Part shown: positions 12,401 to 25,700 of the stretch, in pieces | Numbering within the stretch: the first letter of the stretch is position 1 | Layout of the letters: each line of letters starts with the position of its first letter | Assembly (NCBI GenBank): GCA_964106645.2 | Contig: OZ067039.1 | From: Podarcis pityusensis | Lineage: Eukaryota | Length of the DNA: 64,000 bases | Direction: 5' to 3' (one strand) | Position numbers and translations under genes: made by a program | Notes under the pieces: model-generated | Told to the model about the DNA's origin: nothing | The model's database searches: none | The model's input: the letters and a program-made list of their open reading frames with translations, nothing else

Positions 12401-12529
12401 CATCTTCCACTCAGCTACTTTGCCCAGATTCTGACGGTGAACTTTTTTTACACTGGTCCCTTACATAATTAAGGAACAAGCCTGTGGTCTTCAGAACAGT
12501 GTGCAAAAAATACATTGTAGATATCAGTA

Positions 12530-12755
12530 CAGTGGTACCTCAGGTTAAGTACTTAATTCGTTCTGGAGGCCTGTTCTTAACCTGAAACTGTTCTTAACCT
12601 GAAGCACCACTTTAGCTAATGGGGCCTCCTGCTGCCGCTGCACCGCAGCTGCACGATTTCTGTTCTCATCCTGAAGCAAAGTTCTTAACCTGAGGTACTA
12701 TTTCTGGGTTAGCGGAGTCTGTAACCTGAAGCGTATGTAACCCGAGGTACCACTG
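12530..12755. mobile_element. Tc1/mariner (pogo/Tigger-like) MITE, family A
   Basis: TIRs CAGTGGTACCTC / GAGGTACCACTG, TA TSD (12528-29, 12756-57); colinear with 2443-2684. Confidence 0.92.
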
Positions 12756-15740
12756 TACAGCCTTCTCTTCCCTACCAAGCTCTGTCTGCAGTGGGCATGA
12801 CGCAGCATCATGGCTTGACCTCCATTTGAGGTTAGGGCGCACAAGCACCAGCTTATTCCTTTGCAACCGCCACGTGCATTCCCTACCCCCAGCCCTGCTC
12901 AGTTGCACATCCCCAAAATTCCTCCCCCCTGCTCCACTCATAGAAGCCTCTCCTGTCGGCCACTGTACAATTAAATGAAAACCCAATGCATAGAAGCAGT
13001 ATACCTCTAAATACCAGGGACTGTTTCCCTAGTGCCCTGATTGTAGGTCTCCCAGACACCACCAGACACCTTTAGAAATAATTGCAGTAATTTAAATAGA
13101 AACACAGCATATCTCACTGTGGTGACTTGTGGGTCTGTTCAGTGTGCTGACCAGGTGTTAACTGTTTGTGGGCAATTTCAAGGGCCCTGCTCACTCTTCT
13201 TCTGGCTCTTTATTATTAAACCAGACTTGGACCTGACAACCCTTCAGATGTCAGAGGTGGGAACTACAAAGGTCAGTGGTCATGGATTACAGGTCCCATC
13301 ACCACTAACCATTGGGTTCCTACATACAAATTGCCATATGGCTGTACCCAGGATGGCCATGTGTCTTTATAGAGGACTGTCCTCTATTATTTGTTCTCTT
13401 ATTTCAGGTATGATGAACCTGCACCCCCTACAGATGTTGTTAAAATTCCAACCCTAGCCTGTAGGGTCTATTATTAAAAATGATGAGAGCTGTAGAGACA
13501 CTGGTTTTCCATCCTTGCACTACAGACTTGCCAGAGAAGGGCTGACGAAATATTGAACTATGGAAGAACCCCAAGAAACTGGCCAGTATCTGGATCTAAT
13601 AGAAAGAATGGTAGACAAAGACTAGTATCATAACAGACTGAGATTGCTTATTGATACTAGTGTGTTTACATTCTGTGCACCACTACATTGTTAAATTTGT
13701 CTCCCCCCCCCCCAATAGTCAGCTAAATAACTATTTTGCTTCCACAATGTATACTTTATAGGTGTGTGTGGAGGATGATCCTAATGAGATCCGCTGACTG
13801 ATTTTTCAGTTTTCTGGCTTTTTCCATGAGTTAAGAATCAGGGGTCTCCAGCCACTGCCCTCCAAGCTGAAACCTTGTCAACATTATCATCACCATTATT
13901 GAGTCACTTCTTCTTTCAACCCAGTTCACATAGTTGATGGAGCAAGGAAATGTAGTTGCCTGCCCAGATGGGAATTATAATTATTGAAGATACCACACAG
14001 AGCTACTGTTTAGAATTTTCTTAATTTATACCAGTTCCATATGATGAGGCAGCACCTCCCATCTGTGATCATCTGGCATGGCTGTTTGTTTGTTTGTTTT
14101 AATTATTGTTGCCTAGATGCCTCCCCCCCCCAATAATTCATTCCAATACTTGAAGTGACAATCAGCTGACAGTTTAAGTTTCATGGAATGCAAACCCCAT
14201 TATATTTGGTTTAAAGTGACAACTGACAGAAAATTGTATTGACAGGCCATGATAGAGTATGATTTCCAAACAGGAAGCAGTCATCTTGCATTAATTAATT
14301 AATGATAATAGAAGTTAATTTGGAAATTTTGGTGGTTCACAGTTCCCTGTCGAAATGCTTATCTGATTTTGCTTGCAGCGGTTGACTTATTCTGAATGAG
14401 ATGTTTTCTCTTATAATTAAACTAAGAGATGCTGACACTTAAAGAAGTGGTGTGTTAGTTGCTGTATCAGCACTCTAAACACTATAACATTTTCTATTCT
14501 AGCCTTGCAAGGATGTGAGCTCTGTATTGAAAAAGTACATACCTCAAGGATTTCCAGTTTTGCCATCAGGTCTAACTTTACAGGTGCCTGTCTTTGCTGG
14601 GGGCTTTTAGCATCAGTAAGGCTCTATACATGTGTGGATTTTTGCTTCTTAAAGACCCATTAGAATCAGTGAAGCATCACAAAGCCTTAAAAATCTGTTG
14701 GGTTGTTTAAATGTTAAAAGTAAAAAAGAAGGTGTGCAGAGTGTTTGCTGTAGCAAGAAGTGTTAAATGAGAAAAGTGTAGACAGAAAGTATGTATACGC
14801 CAAAGAGGACTTTAAATGATCTGTATCATAGTATATAAATAAGACAAGTTAAGATCAGATGTCTCCCTTTCAAGACCTTTTCCCACTATGGTGCTATGTG
14901 TTGGTTTACTATAATGGCATTTGCTGTAAGTTTATAGCTGTCTTCAAAATTCTTTTATCATGATTTACATATACACTTCTTTTTCTTTGCTTTTCTTCTA
15001 CATCCCTCTTGAAAGGGGAATGACCTTTTGAAAGAGGTATGAATCACTGTTTTTTTCCTGATCCAGTGGTTCCTACAGAAGTCTGAGTGGAATCACCGTT
15101 TCAAAAAAATAAGCAAGAATGAACTTTGGCAGGCTGCTTAACACTGAGCATGAACTTGTCTTCATCAAAACCCATCTACACTTACTTTATTTTGCTATAC
15201 AACAAAAGCCCACTCTAGGTTTCCTGACGTACATTAAGAAACTGAGTCAGTCCCTGAGATGTGCTTATTTAGTAGTGCTGAAGTTCATCTGATCAGGTAA
15301 TGGATAATTTTTTTTATCTCAATTGACAGCCTGCTACAACTGTTCATTAACTAAGGATTTACTGCAGGGATTTTCAACTAGCACAAAGTTCTTCCCATAT
15401 AGAGGAACCTCCAAGTACCTGGTGTGAAATCCCATGAGCGAATGGAGAGGATTCTGTGCTACATATATCTCAGTTCATGTGGGGTGCTAGCCAAGGTCTG
15501 TCCACCCAGGCAAACAGAATGTTCCCTCCTACAACTTGATTGTAGTACTGGGAAAGATGGCGAATGATGAAATTATTGACAAGCTTCCAAAGAACCCTAG
15601 TGCTCCCAGGAATACAGTTTGAAAGGCCATTTGCAGAAATGGTTACTTATCTTCTATGAATCCCCATGTAACGATGTTACTCTTGATGATAAATAGCAAT
15701 AGCCTGAGTCATTTTGCTGCCTTAAGTGAACAAGATAGTT

Positions 15741-15960
15741 GTGGTGCGCGCCCTGTGGAACGCCCTCCCATCAGATGTCAAGGAAATAAACAACTATCTG
15801 ACTTTTAGAAGACATCTGAAGGCAGCCCTGTTTAGGGAAGTTTTTAATGATTGATGTTTTAACATATTTTTAATATTTTGTTGGAAGCCACCCAGAGTGG
15901 CTGGGGAAACCTAGTCAGATAGGTGGGGTACAAATAATAGATTATTATAATATTATTATT
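15741..15960 (+). mobile_element. L2-clade LINE 3' end (5'-truncated)
   Basis: Reads VVRALWNALPSDVKEINNYLTFRRHLKAALFREVFND*, the typical ORF2 C-terminus, then 3' UTR and (ATT)n tail. Confidence 0.8.
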
Positions 15961-18052
15961 ATGCCCTTTCCCTTCCATATACAGAAGCCAGTTCTACTGG
16001 CACCGGAATCTGGCAATGGTTCAGCATCCTTCACCACATTTGAAGGCAACAAACACTAGCTTAGGGAGCACAAGTTAAGCCATGTGACACACACAGCTCC
16101 AACACCCTGTTGTATTTTTCCCACTGCTTCACAGAGCACCTGCTCACTCAAAATAAATTCTGCAATGCAGTGGTGATAACACCAGCGTGCATCATGTGAA
16201 CAGAGCAAAGCACGCACATGCACAATGCTTGCTGGAGTGCCTTGGCCTGGAGTGGCTGCCTCTTTGCCTACTAACTGTTGAAATAATGAAAGTAGGCCAA
16301 ACAGGTAGACAATTCTGGCCAGCAATAAGGAAGCATCATTGCCACCAGGGCAGGAGGGTAGGAACAACCAGGGAGTGTCATGTCCCCAGAGATGGACTCC
16401 TTCTTTTCAGAGGATAAGACCATGGCTTCCGAGGAGGTATCAGAGGGGAGGGCAATGTGTGTCACCTTGAGCTCCTTGGAAGAAAGATGGGATGTAAATG
16501 TAATATAAAATAAAACTTTGTTCGCCAATCATATTTTCTAAGCGCTCACAATTCAGTTATTGCTACTTTATACTTCCAGACTAAGGGGAATTAATATTTC
16601 TAACCTGTCAAGTAGAACAAACATAATTTTACTTTCATAATAAACACAATATGAATAGAGAGAAAAGTCTAAACTCTGTAATAAAGTCCCACTTAAAGCC
16701 ACAGTGTGTGATTTAGTTCTCACACGCTGAATACAATGAGCAGTGGAAGAGGCAATCTGTGCCATTTAGAGTAAGAAATAACTGAAATGTTTCACCTAGG
16801 CATTAAGGTTTTTTAAAAAAATAATAATAATATGAAGCGGATAATTTGGTGTCATTACAAAAAGCAAAAAGGCTTCTTTCATTTAGGAAGACCAGACACC
16901 TTAGATTTCCTGTATTGTTCAGTAAATACATAGTGCAAATGTTGTACAACTTCTAATGCATTTCTTTTCTCCCCTTCTCTCCCCCCCCCCCAATAACTGA
17001 AATATTATCATTTGGATCAAGGGAAACATTAAAGGCTGCTGGAATTTAGTAAACTGGACAAGCCTTAATTGGTTTAATAGGTAAATGTAATCCACTTTTG
17101 CAAGCAGGTTCTCTTTCATTTCTCTTACAGTTCTAGTGCTATTTTGTCTTCCCTAGCGTTTCTTCCGGCTGCTTTTAAAGCAATTTGTTCTTTAGATGGG
17201 GAAAAATACAGGGCAGTTTGGCATGCCATATCCACATCAGGACAATGTGCAAGCACCTTTTAAGCAGCAGGGAGAGCATGTGTGAGAGTAGCAGATGCTT
17301 CCCTCTTTTTACCTATGAAAAGGTAGAGACTGTATGTGATTGTAAGGATATGCCTCTTGACTCTCTTTTTTATGGTGTTTTGGCACCATTTGAAGACTTG
17401 GCTGTTTCTGCTGGTGTTTGACATACTTGGCCGAGACTATATTATCCCCCAAGGTATGTTTTTAGCTATTATGTCACCTCTAATAAATAAAAGAATATGG
17501 CTAGCAGGATGTGTGAGTATGGAAGACTCTTGTTTTTCTAAGTGTGTAAATGCAGTGAGATCCCCAGTCAGTCATGGCTAAGCTATCCAGTGTCAGGGGT
17601 GTTGTGACATGTTTTGCTCTCATCACAACAATGACACTGACTTTATGGCACTGACTTTATGGCTGCCATTCACTCCTACTGAAAAACGTAAAGGGGTGCT
17701 ATGGGAGGCATCAATAGTTTGAGAGGTAAAACTGTTCTCTTTTCTTATGTTCTCTCACCTGAGGCAACTGGCGGAGGTGATTTCCCCTCTAATGTATGGC
17801 ACATCCTATTTGAACAATTAGGATTGCTTTTTCTAATCTTGGAAAAAGAACTGGGACCCATAGGAAGCATGCAGCTACAGCCCTTGAAACTACAGGCCCT
17901 CCCAACTGTGGCTAAATGCTCCTTTGATACACTGTGCCTTGTTCCATGTTGTAATGCTGGCTCATGAGAGGCTGCTAGGAAACTGTTTGCATGTATAGTA
18001 TCATGCCTTGGTGCAGGAGCTGGGCAAATCATGTTCTCTTCACTGAGAGCAC

Positions 18053-18836
18053 GTGTTGCGGTGAGATCACCATAAACTGCCCTTTGGTTGCTGGGGCGGG
18101 TATGTTTGAATAGCCACAACTACCCGATTGGTTCCTCTGTTGCTGGGGCAGAATCTGGTCAATGGGATTTCACAAATAGTAGCCAGGGAGCCTCTTTTAT
18201 ACCGCTGCACGTTGCGTTGAGCTTCCTCTTTTTCACACCCACCCACCCTCCCTCCCTATATTTAGGGTATTTCTGACCTTGCTATGTCATTTGGTGTCAT
18301 CTGTTTTGGAGCAGGGGCATGGTAGGAATTTTGCCATTTGGCGGATTGGCTGTTGCCTCTTGGTTTTTGCCTACCTCGTAGCAAATCGTCACAACTTTGT
18401 AAGGTTTGTGGTTAGGCATTGGTTAAAGGTGTTCTTGGAGGGGGTGTGGCTTGGCTGTGGCCTGCCCCTCCAATTGTGGTGGCGTGGGTATTCCGTTAAA
18501 GGAATCCAGGGATTCGTCTTGCTTTTGCCTGACCCCTGAAAAGGTGATAGGGCCATGCGAGAGCCCCTGGGAGCATGTTGGGGTGATCTTGGTACTGCTC
18601 CCAGACCAATCAATCTCCCAGGGTGTTTACCCTTATTGACCTCTGCGCTGGCCGTTGTCAGTTCTTCTCCTGTCCTGGATATGTTCAGATAGTTTGGAAC
18701 CAATGCCTAAGCAAACCACTCACAGCCTGTAGTCAATAAAGTTGTGACCAAAATTATGCCAAAAAACCTTAAACTAAAATTTGAGTCCTTTGTGTCTTTA
18801 TTTGAGGGGGTTTTGGGGGGTCTTAACATGCAATAT
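18053..18836 (+). mobile_element. LTR-like element (solo LTR or DIRS/Ngaro-type terminal repeat)
   Basis: GC-richer island with GGGGCGGG (18093), ATTGG (18127), AATAAA (18735); weak terminal inverted similarity gtgttgcggtgagatc / ggtcttaacatgcaatat; no clear TSD. Confidence 0.45.
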
Positions 18837-19620
18837 CACTTCATAGCTCTTTTAGCCCTATAGCTCTATGAATCTGTTCCCAGCTTTATGTTTCTACATC
18901 CTTGTGAGTTGTGCAGTGATGTTGTCAGAAAATGAAGACATTCTACCTCAATAGCCCCCTTTCCCACTGGTCCTCTAGTGCATTCTTTTCCCTGCTATTG
19001 CTTAAAAGGTACAAATTGCAAACCATGTGGAATCCAAAAGCCAGTCAGTCAAGACTTTGAATTCCTTCAAGAATTCCTGTAATATAGTGTATTGGGTGAA
19101 TAAATCTGATAAATGGAACTACCCAGGCTTAACATCACTTTAGATATACAGTGAAATCTTAGAAAAATCCACAATTTTATTTAAAAAAAACTGTTAAGTA
19201 CATACACTGCATGTCACTAAGCTGTTAGCAGTTAAACAGCCTCAGCCGTAATGCTGATGATGTATGCATAATGTAAAAGTTTTATCTAGAGCTCAGAATC
19301 CTTCATTATAAAAAAAATGCCTGGCTGGACCTTTTACAAGATTTGTTAATTGCAAACACTTTGGGTGCATTGATCCATAACCACTCTGATGAAATAATTA
19401 TTCAGAACAGTACCTATGAGGACTGACAGGAGACTGGCTTGAAGAACCACACAAGATCTACATTTAAATGAGGGCTGTTGCCAAGCTCCCAGAACACTGC
19501 TCTTTGCTTGCATTTTCTTTCAATAACTACAGTTCCAACTATTTAATTTTCTCTAGAATGACTAACATTTAAAGTGGATTAGTTGCTTTTGCTGAAACTG
19601 TATTGAATCCATGGACAGTT

Positions 19621-19687
19621 CACACACACACACACACCACACACACTGAGAGAGACAGAGAGAGAGAGGGAGGGAGAGGGAGAGAGA
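19621..19687. repeat. (CA)n/(GA)n compound microsatellite
   Basis: Direct reading. Confidence 0.85.
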
Positions 19688-20043
19688 TATTTCTGGCTGT
19701 ACACTTATTTATTTGCCCTTCTGTAGATGAAAGCAGTTATGCAAACATCAAAGGAATTGTTTGCTTTGTTGATGGAATGGTGTGGGTTATGCTGGGAAGT
19801 AATGAGGTACATGTTTGGGCACCTTACATTTCCTTTCAATGCAGTTGTTCAACCAGTGGGGATAGTGAAGTGCTTGGCTATTAAAGTTAACTTACTATCC
19901 TGCTCCTTGACTCGTCAGCTCTGTCAGACTTTAACCACTCTTTACTAGAGGTCAGCTCAAAGTCTTAATAAACACTCCCTTTATTAATGGTGGAAGGCTC
20001 AACAGAGAATTTGCTACAAGATGGTGAATACATATGTTGGCAT

Positions 20044-20142
20044 AATAAAAAAATTCCTTCCAGTAGCAACTTAGAGACCAACTAAGTTTATTATTGGCAT
20101 GAGCTTTCGTGTGCATGTACACTTCTTCAGATACTTCTTCAG
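20044..20142 (-). mobile_element. Penelope-like retroelement terminal fragment
   Basis: Minus strand ctgaagaagtgtacatgcacacgaaagctcatgcc..aaacttagttggtctctaagttgctactgg matches recalled reptile Penelope ends; perfect 12-bp TSD atatgttggcat (20032-43, 20143-54). Confidence 0.82.
20097..20134 (-). ncRNA. Minimal type I hammerhead ribozyme motif (Penelope-associated)
   Basis: Minus strand GUAU-CUGAAGA-A-GUGU(ACAUGC)ACAC-GAAA-GC-UC-AUGC: core CUGANGA and GAAA, stem I GUAU/AUGC, stem II GUGU/ACAC, palindromic AGCU stem III, NUH site CUC. Confidence 0.72.
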
Positions 20143-21980
20143 ATATGTTGGCATGTAAGTGTTCAAAGAACTCTGCACTATTGCAGTCAATAACATTAGC
20201 AGCTTAGCTAATTGCATACAATTGTGATTTTAAATTGGCCAGATTGTTGTAAGGAAAAATGGGGTGACTCTGTTCTTCCTCATTCCTGGAACATGGACAA
20301 TTGGCTAAAATCACCACAGTAATGTTGAGGGTCGGTTGGTTGGTTGGTTGGTTGGTTACATTCAATAGGTATATTATATGAAATAAATAAAATATTTCAT
20401 ATTTCACATTTAGAGAGAGGAGGACAGTTATAAGAACAGAGGTTAATTACCTCTTGCATACAGGCTAGAACAGATAATAAAAACACAACACAGCACTAAG
20501 GTGTGTAGAAGGTGCTGTGCTATTCTTCTCAGAGACAACAAGGATTCTTTACCTAGTGTATTTAGCTGTTGTTTGATCTTTAAGTATAGGTGTACCTGAG
20601 AGTTCTAGGGAAATTATAGGAATTTAAGTGTCAGCTCAGTGACATTCGGGCATCTCTACATTTCATATAAGTTTACAACTCCCCTCAAATTTGTAACCTG
20701 TACTTGGACAAATCAGGTATCCCCTTGTGCATGCACTCTCCCTCTGATAGAATATATGGAATGGACCCTACTGTCTTTTGACTCCTCAAAACTAGCTTCT
20801 TTTAAAAAAAACCAGGACTTCTACATAGAAATAATAGGAAATTGAGGGATAGTTTGTGGAAATGTTCTAAGAAAAGAACAAACTATGGCTGGAGAAGACA
20901 ATGGATTGGATCCAGACTTAGGCTGCAATCCTAACTTTACCTACTCATCTTGTGTTGCACAATGAGCTTCCATTCTATGTGTATGTTGACTAAAATATAT
21001 TAACAATGACTTCAACTTAGTTTTTTAATGACAAAAGCAATCCATTAAATAAATTAAATCTTGGAATCCAGAAAATCCGTGCTAGGCCCCTTTAATAGTA
21101 AGGAAAAAGAATACTGTTATTAAGACTTTTTCAGGATTTACATAACCATTCTTATTGGTGCATGTGGCTGCCCATTTGCAGGATAGATTCACACTTTAGG
21201 GAATGCGGCGGCCTAGACATAAAATTATGGTAATGATACGCAAGTAACAGTAGGTACTGCACCAGGTAGGAATTCTGATCTCCTCTGACATTTTGCTTTT
21301 TAATCTCCTCACCAGATGTCTACTTTATTATTAGTCCACTAGCTGAGGATCGATTTGCTTGCTCTTGATGCCTGTTTTGTTAGGAATCCTGACAGCCAAC
21401 CCACCTCCCAGGGCAACACTTCCTGAAGCTGTTTATTTTTAAGTCAGAATAATTTCCATGTCTGTGTGGCTGTAGACATTTAAAAAAAAAAATCAACTGT
21501 TTTAAATGAAAACATAGTATCTATGTGGATTCCTAATCAACAAGCTACTAGCCACTTCTCTGGTTCCTGGGAGAGAAAATCATTAGGTGATGATTTCATC
21601 ATATTAATGTTCTTTGCACTGTGTGCCCTCTGCAGCCAGCATAGGCTTATGTTGTTCTTCCTTACATGATTGTAACATAGACACACCTGCAAGCAAACAC
21701 AGGGGTCAGGATCCACCTACCTTTGTACAGCACAATTATTATGGATATTTTGGGGCCTCAAAAGCAACTAAACCACTTAAAGGACACTTTCTGCGTCATC
21801 TTTCAAAGTCAGAGCAGGCATACCCTTTCAGCACAACCACAAATCTCTGAAGATATATGCAAAAGCATTATCAGAATTGCCACTAATACATTTGTCTCTG
21901 AGACAGTGTCCATGCATAGCAGAACATACCTAGACATGAAGTGTGCAGAGAGAGAGGGTTGTTCCATGTGTTTTCAGAAA

Positions 21981-22033
21981 TAATAATATTGTTTTATTAT
22001 TTGTACCCCACCCATCTGACTGGGTTGCCCCAG
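21981..22033 (-). mobile_element. L2 LINE extreme 3' tail
   Basis: Reverse complement ctggggcaacccagtcagatgggtggggtacaaataataa matches 15900-15940. Confidence 0.7.
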
Positions 22034-24735
22034 AAGTGAGTGATGTGTTGTAGATCACCCCTCTCTTTGAAACGTTTTACGGAAGAGAGTTGTGATTTCA
22101 GAAGCTGGAAACCACAAGCTGCAGCCCCCTTCTGCCTTATTTTAATGTGCCTTGATTTGAATACAACCATGTCCCTACTGTTTGCATGTCCTGTCTTTGG
22201 GTACAGCGTCAGAATCGTGCTTGCTTAGGAGCTGCTCTTCAAAGTGCCCTGCCAGCAGAAGCTTCATTCATTTCAATTTAGAAGGAACAGCATGGTAGAG
22301 AGATTCTTTGTTCTTTCCATGGAGTTCTTTCCATTGCAGCTCACGAGGGAGCTGCGTTTTCTCCTCATTTGCACACACTCATTGCCTTTCTGTCAGGTTT
22401 TCAGAAAATTGCAGGGAGGATCCATTGGGACACCTCTAAATGCTGCCATCCCCACAGTGCCCGAGAACACCTCATTTTCCTTTTGAAGTCTGTCTCTGTT
22501 TTCACATTTCAGAGTAATTCGCTGTATGACAACATTCTACTTTAATGAAGCCCTGGTGGTAGGAGACATGATAACATTCAGCAGGGAACATACAAATAAA
22601 AGCATAGAGAACGCACATAATATAAAATCAAAATCAGCTGGGCATGCAAAAAAGCTAATGGAGGAGAAAAACGGTTTTTGTAAGCATATGCTGACTTGCA
22701 ACTGCCTCTTTTCATCTTGCTGGAGCCAAGTCGAATTAGATTTATGTCAGTTCAGCAAAGATCCCTTCTGGACAGTAAATTGGGGAGGTGGGAAATACAC
22801 ACGTGTGTTGATTCGCATCTTAGTTGGCCACTTACGTGTTGGATTCTTAAGACCTATTACCAATTACACAGCTTCTGATCTAGAATATACATCTGCCTCC
22901 TTTCTAGTTAAGTATGATATCTTTATTCAGACTGTTCCAGGTTCTGAGTGATATTTCAACTAAATCACAAAGCAGGAAATTACTTAAGAATTACAATAAT
23001 TCAGCATCCATAACCACATAGATCCTGAGACAATTACTAATGAGTCTAAGGAAAGAGAATAAGCATATGTAAAAGGGTGAGACTTTCAGGTTCCTTTAAT
23101 TACCACATATATTATTAGAAAGAAATGAATCTTTGTATATCTATATGTAATGCTGCATCACAAAAAAAGGGCTTTTATCTTCACTGCATTCTTACTGAGG
23201 AATGCACCTGCATTTGGGGGGGGGGGTGTTCAGATAGTTACATATAACATTTGCTTCCAAGTTCTGTTTGCAGTCCTGCACATATTAACAAATAGCTTGA
23301 AAGCTGAGCTTTGAACAGTTAATCCTCTGTGATTCCAGTACTTAAATTAAGCCAGCAATGGACAGACAACCTGTGACATTCCAGATACTGTTGGACTCAT
23401 CCGAGCCCCATCCAGCATGGCCAATAGTTAGAAGTTGCCCACCCCTGCTTTAACCTTTGCTATTTTATCTAGCAGTCCTCTTCCCTAATCCCAGATCTGT
23501 GGGAAGTTGGGAGCTGGCTGTCCTAAGGGAATGGTGCTGTGTGTGCTTCAATACATGCTTTCCTGCAGGCATATAGACCAATGCTTGGATCCAAGGCCAT
23601 CTACTGAGGTCTAGCTGTGTAAATCAAGCCCATCCTTCTGGATGGAAATGCACCTAATAGGATTGGTAAACTCTGCTATATTCCAGTATATCCCTATAAA
23701 ATTAGTGTCACAGTGTTTAAGGAAATGTTGGGGACTCCAACAGGGTTGCTGGTTGCAGTCTCAAGACAGATGGTTTACTTTATATTCCCTGATGAAGTGG
23801 GGAGCTCAACTGATTCAGATTTGTCCATTCCTCTTTCATTTGTCCTTTCCTGAAGCCCATTGTTATTTTGAGCTGAGCAGAGAATAACCAAAAGGCCTGG
23901 GACAAATGGCCTTGGCAAGCAAGCAGTTGTATTTGGTGCCTTTTAAATTTGGTGCCTGTGAAAGAACAAAGCTTTGATGAAATGGACTGACTGTATGGGC
24001 CTCGTTTTTAGATGGACTATTATTGTGTATGATGTGGAAATGCAAATATTTCTTGCCTGTTCATTTGAGGATTATAGGGCTAACTTGCTATACCTAATTT
24101 AACCTGAGACTCAGATGAGAAAACAGTAGAACTTCATTGTGTGAGGGATTGCGGGAACATTTATTGTCTGAGGGGCTCCACGACTTATTGTTGCCCACTG
24201 GTGAAACTTATGATTGGCAGGAGGCAGGTGGGCAAATGCTCTATTAACAGGTAGCCAGGGTTAGTTAGTTAGTTAGTTAGTTAGTTACAGGATTAGTTCA
24301 CTCAAGAGACAAAAAAAGGCTTATGTAGGCTCAGAGATAGTGGAGCAAATTATATGTACCAGGATTGGAGGACAAGATTCTACTCTAGGATATGCAATTA
24401 TAAAGATGGAGAAATAATCATGCTTAACTCTTGTGTGTTCTTTTTCCCCGTTGGGAAATACTTTCTGTCCCTTTAACACAATTTTTTCATAAGCCGGTTA
24501 TCTTTTCTTATTTTAATACCTCCATGCGTAGAAACCATAAACTACACCACCTTGAGAGGCCTAAGGGAAGTTTCTAGGTTGATTTAAAAGGGGCAAGAGT
24601 GGGCTAACCAGAGAGGTGTACTACCTTTCCTCAGATGGCAGGGGCCCCAGAATGGCTGTGAGGTGGCTGTCACAGTGCCAAATGCAAGTTCTGCTGGAAT
24701 TGGTTCCACTAGGCAGCTCCCAGTTGGAGCTCCTT

Positions 24736-24737
<2 letters not shown>

Positions 24738-24812
<75 letters not shown>
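24738..24812. repeat. (TG)n(AG)n compound microsatellite
   Basis: Direct reading. Confidence 0.92.
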
Positions 24813-24816
<4 letters not shown>

Positions 24817-24862
24817 AGTTCCCAGAGTGGAGATGCTGTTAGATCCATCCCTTACTCTAGAT

Positions 24863-24998
24863 CAGGCATAGGCAAACTCGGCCCTCCAGATGTTTTGGGA
24901 CTACAACTCCCATCATCCCTAGCTAACAGGACCAGTAGTCAGGGATGATGGGAATTGTAGTCTCAAAACACCTGGAGGGCCAAGTTTGCCTATGGCTG
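24863..24998. mobile_element. hAT-Charlie-like palindromic MITE; degenerate relatives near 13405-13520, 23355-23450, 53360-53470, 59255-59392, 62640-62730
   Basis: Almost fully self-complementary (caggcataggcaaactcggccctccagatgttttgggactacaactcccatcatccct vs its inverse); 8-bp flanks ctctagat / ctctccat resemble the NTCTAGAN target. Confidence 0.85.
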
Positions 24999-25309
24999 CT
25001 CTCCATCATAGGTCTTCAACTAGTGGGTCATGGCCTGATCTATGGTGGGTCACAACTGCAGTGCTGCAACCAAACCAATATATTGCTAAAAACCTTAGTG
25101 AGTCCTCAAATGCATGCTTGGGCTGAAAGTTGGTCCTGGGTCTCAGAAGGCTGAATATTACTGCTCTAGATGCCACCTGTGGCACAAAGTGCCTTTTCCC
25201 AGCTTACGGTAGTACATCAGCTATGATCACTTTTGAAAAAAGAAAACCTGACCACTGTTATCCGCATCCTGTTCAAATCCAGATTAAACTACTACAGTGC
25301 ATTCATGCC

Positions 25310-25700
25310 CTGAGCTGCCTTTGAAATTGGCTCAGAATATGGTAGCTGGATGGTTGGCAGGTGCTGGTAGCCTGTTAGAAACCACACCACCAGTTTTAAA
25401 AGAGCTGCGCTGGCTTCCTATCTGAGCACAGCTCAGAATTTTCCTTTTAACCTGAAAAGCCCTATATAGCTTGGAACCCAGATTTCTAAAGGCCCATATG
25501 CTCATCTTTGAACAACATTCTCCAGTGCTGCCCCCCCCCCCCGCTTTGTTTGAGGTGACAACTAGGGTGGTGACTTGAATAAAAGGCCTTTTTAGTGGTA
25601 GCAACTCAGCTCTACAATGCCCTTTCCAAGTTTTCTATCCAAACACCTAGCTTCATCAATCTGAGGCACCAGGTTAAATTTAAAATAGTATGCAAATGTG
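25310..25700 (+). mobile_element. Degraded L2 LINE ORF2 C-terminal fragment
   Basis: LKLAQNMVAGWLAG..TPPVLKELRWLPI* and LLT*KALYSLEPRFLK resemble LQLVQNAAARL..ITPVLKELHWLP..LTYKAL. Confidence 0.7.

Noticed and set aside
13390-13415. ttctcttatttcAG|GTATGA as a recursive splice site
   Set aside because: The CAGG is the terminus of a decayed hAT MITE and the donor is weak.
22526-22951. Longest ORF in the track (141 aa)
   Set aside because: No domain similarity; intronic and consistent with chance.
23787-23815. ctgatgaagtggggagctca as a second hammerhead
   Set aside because: Lacks stem II and the GAAA core.
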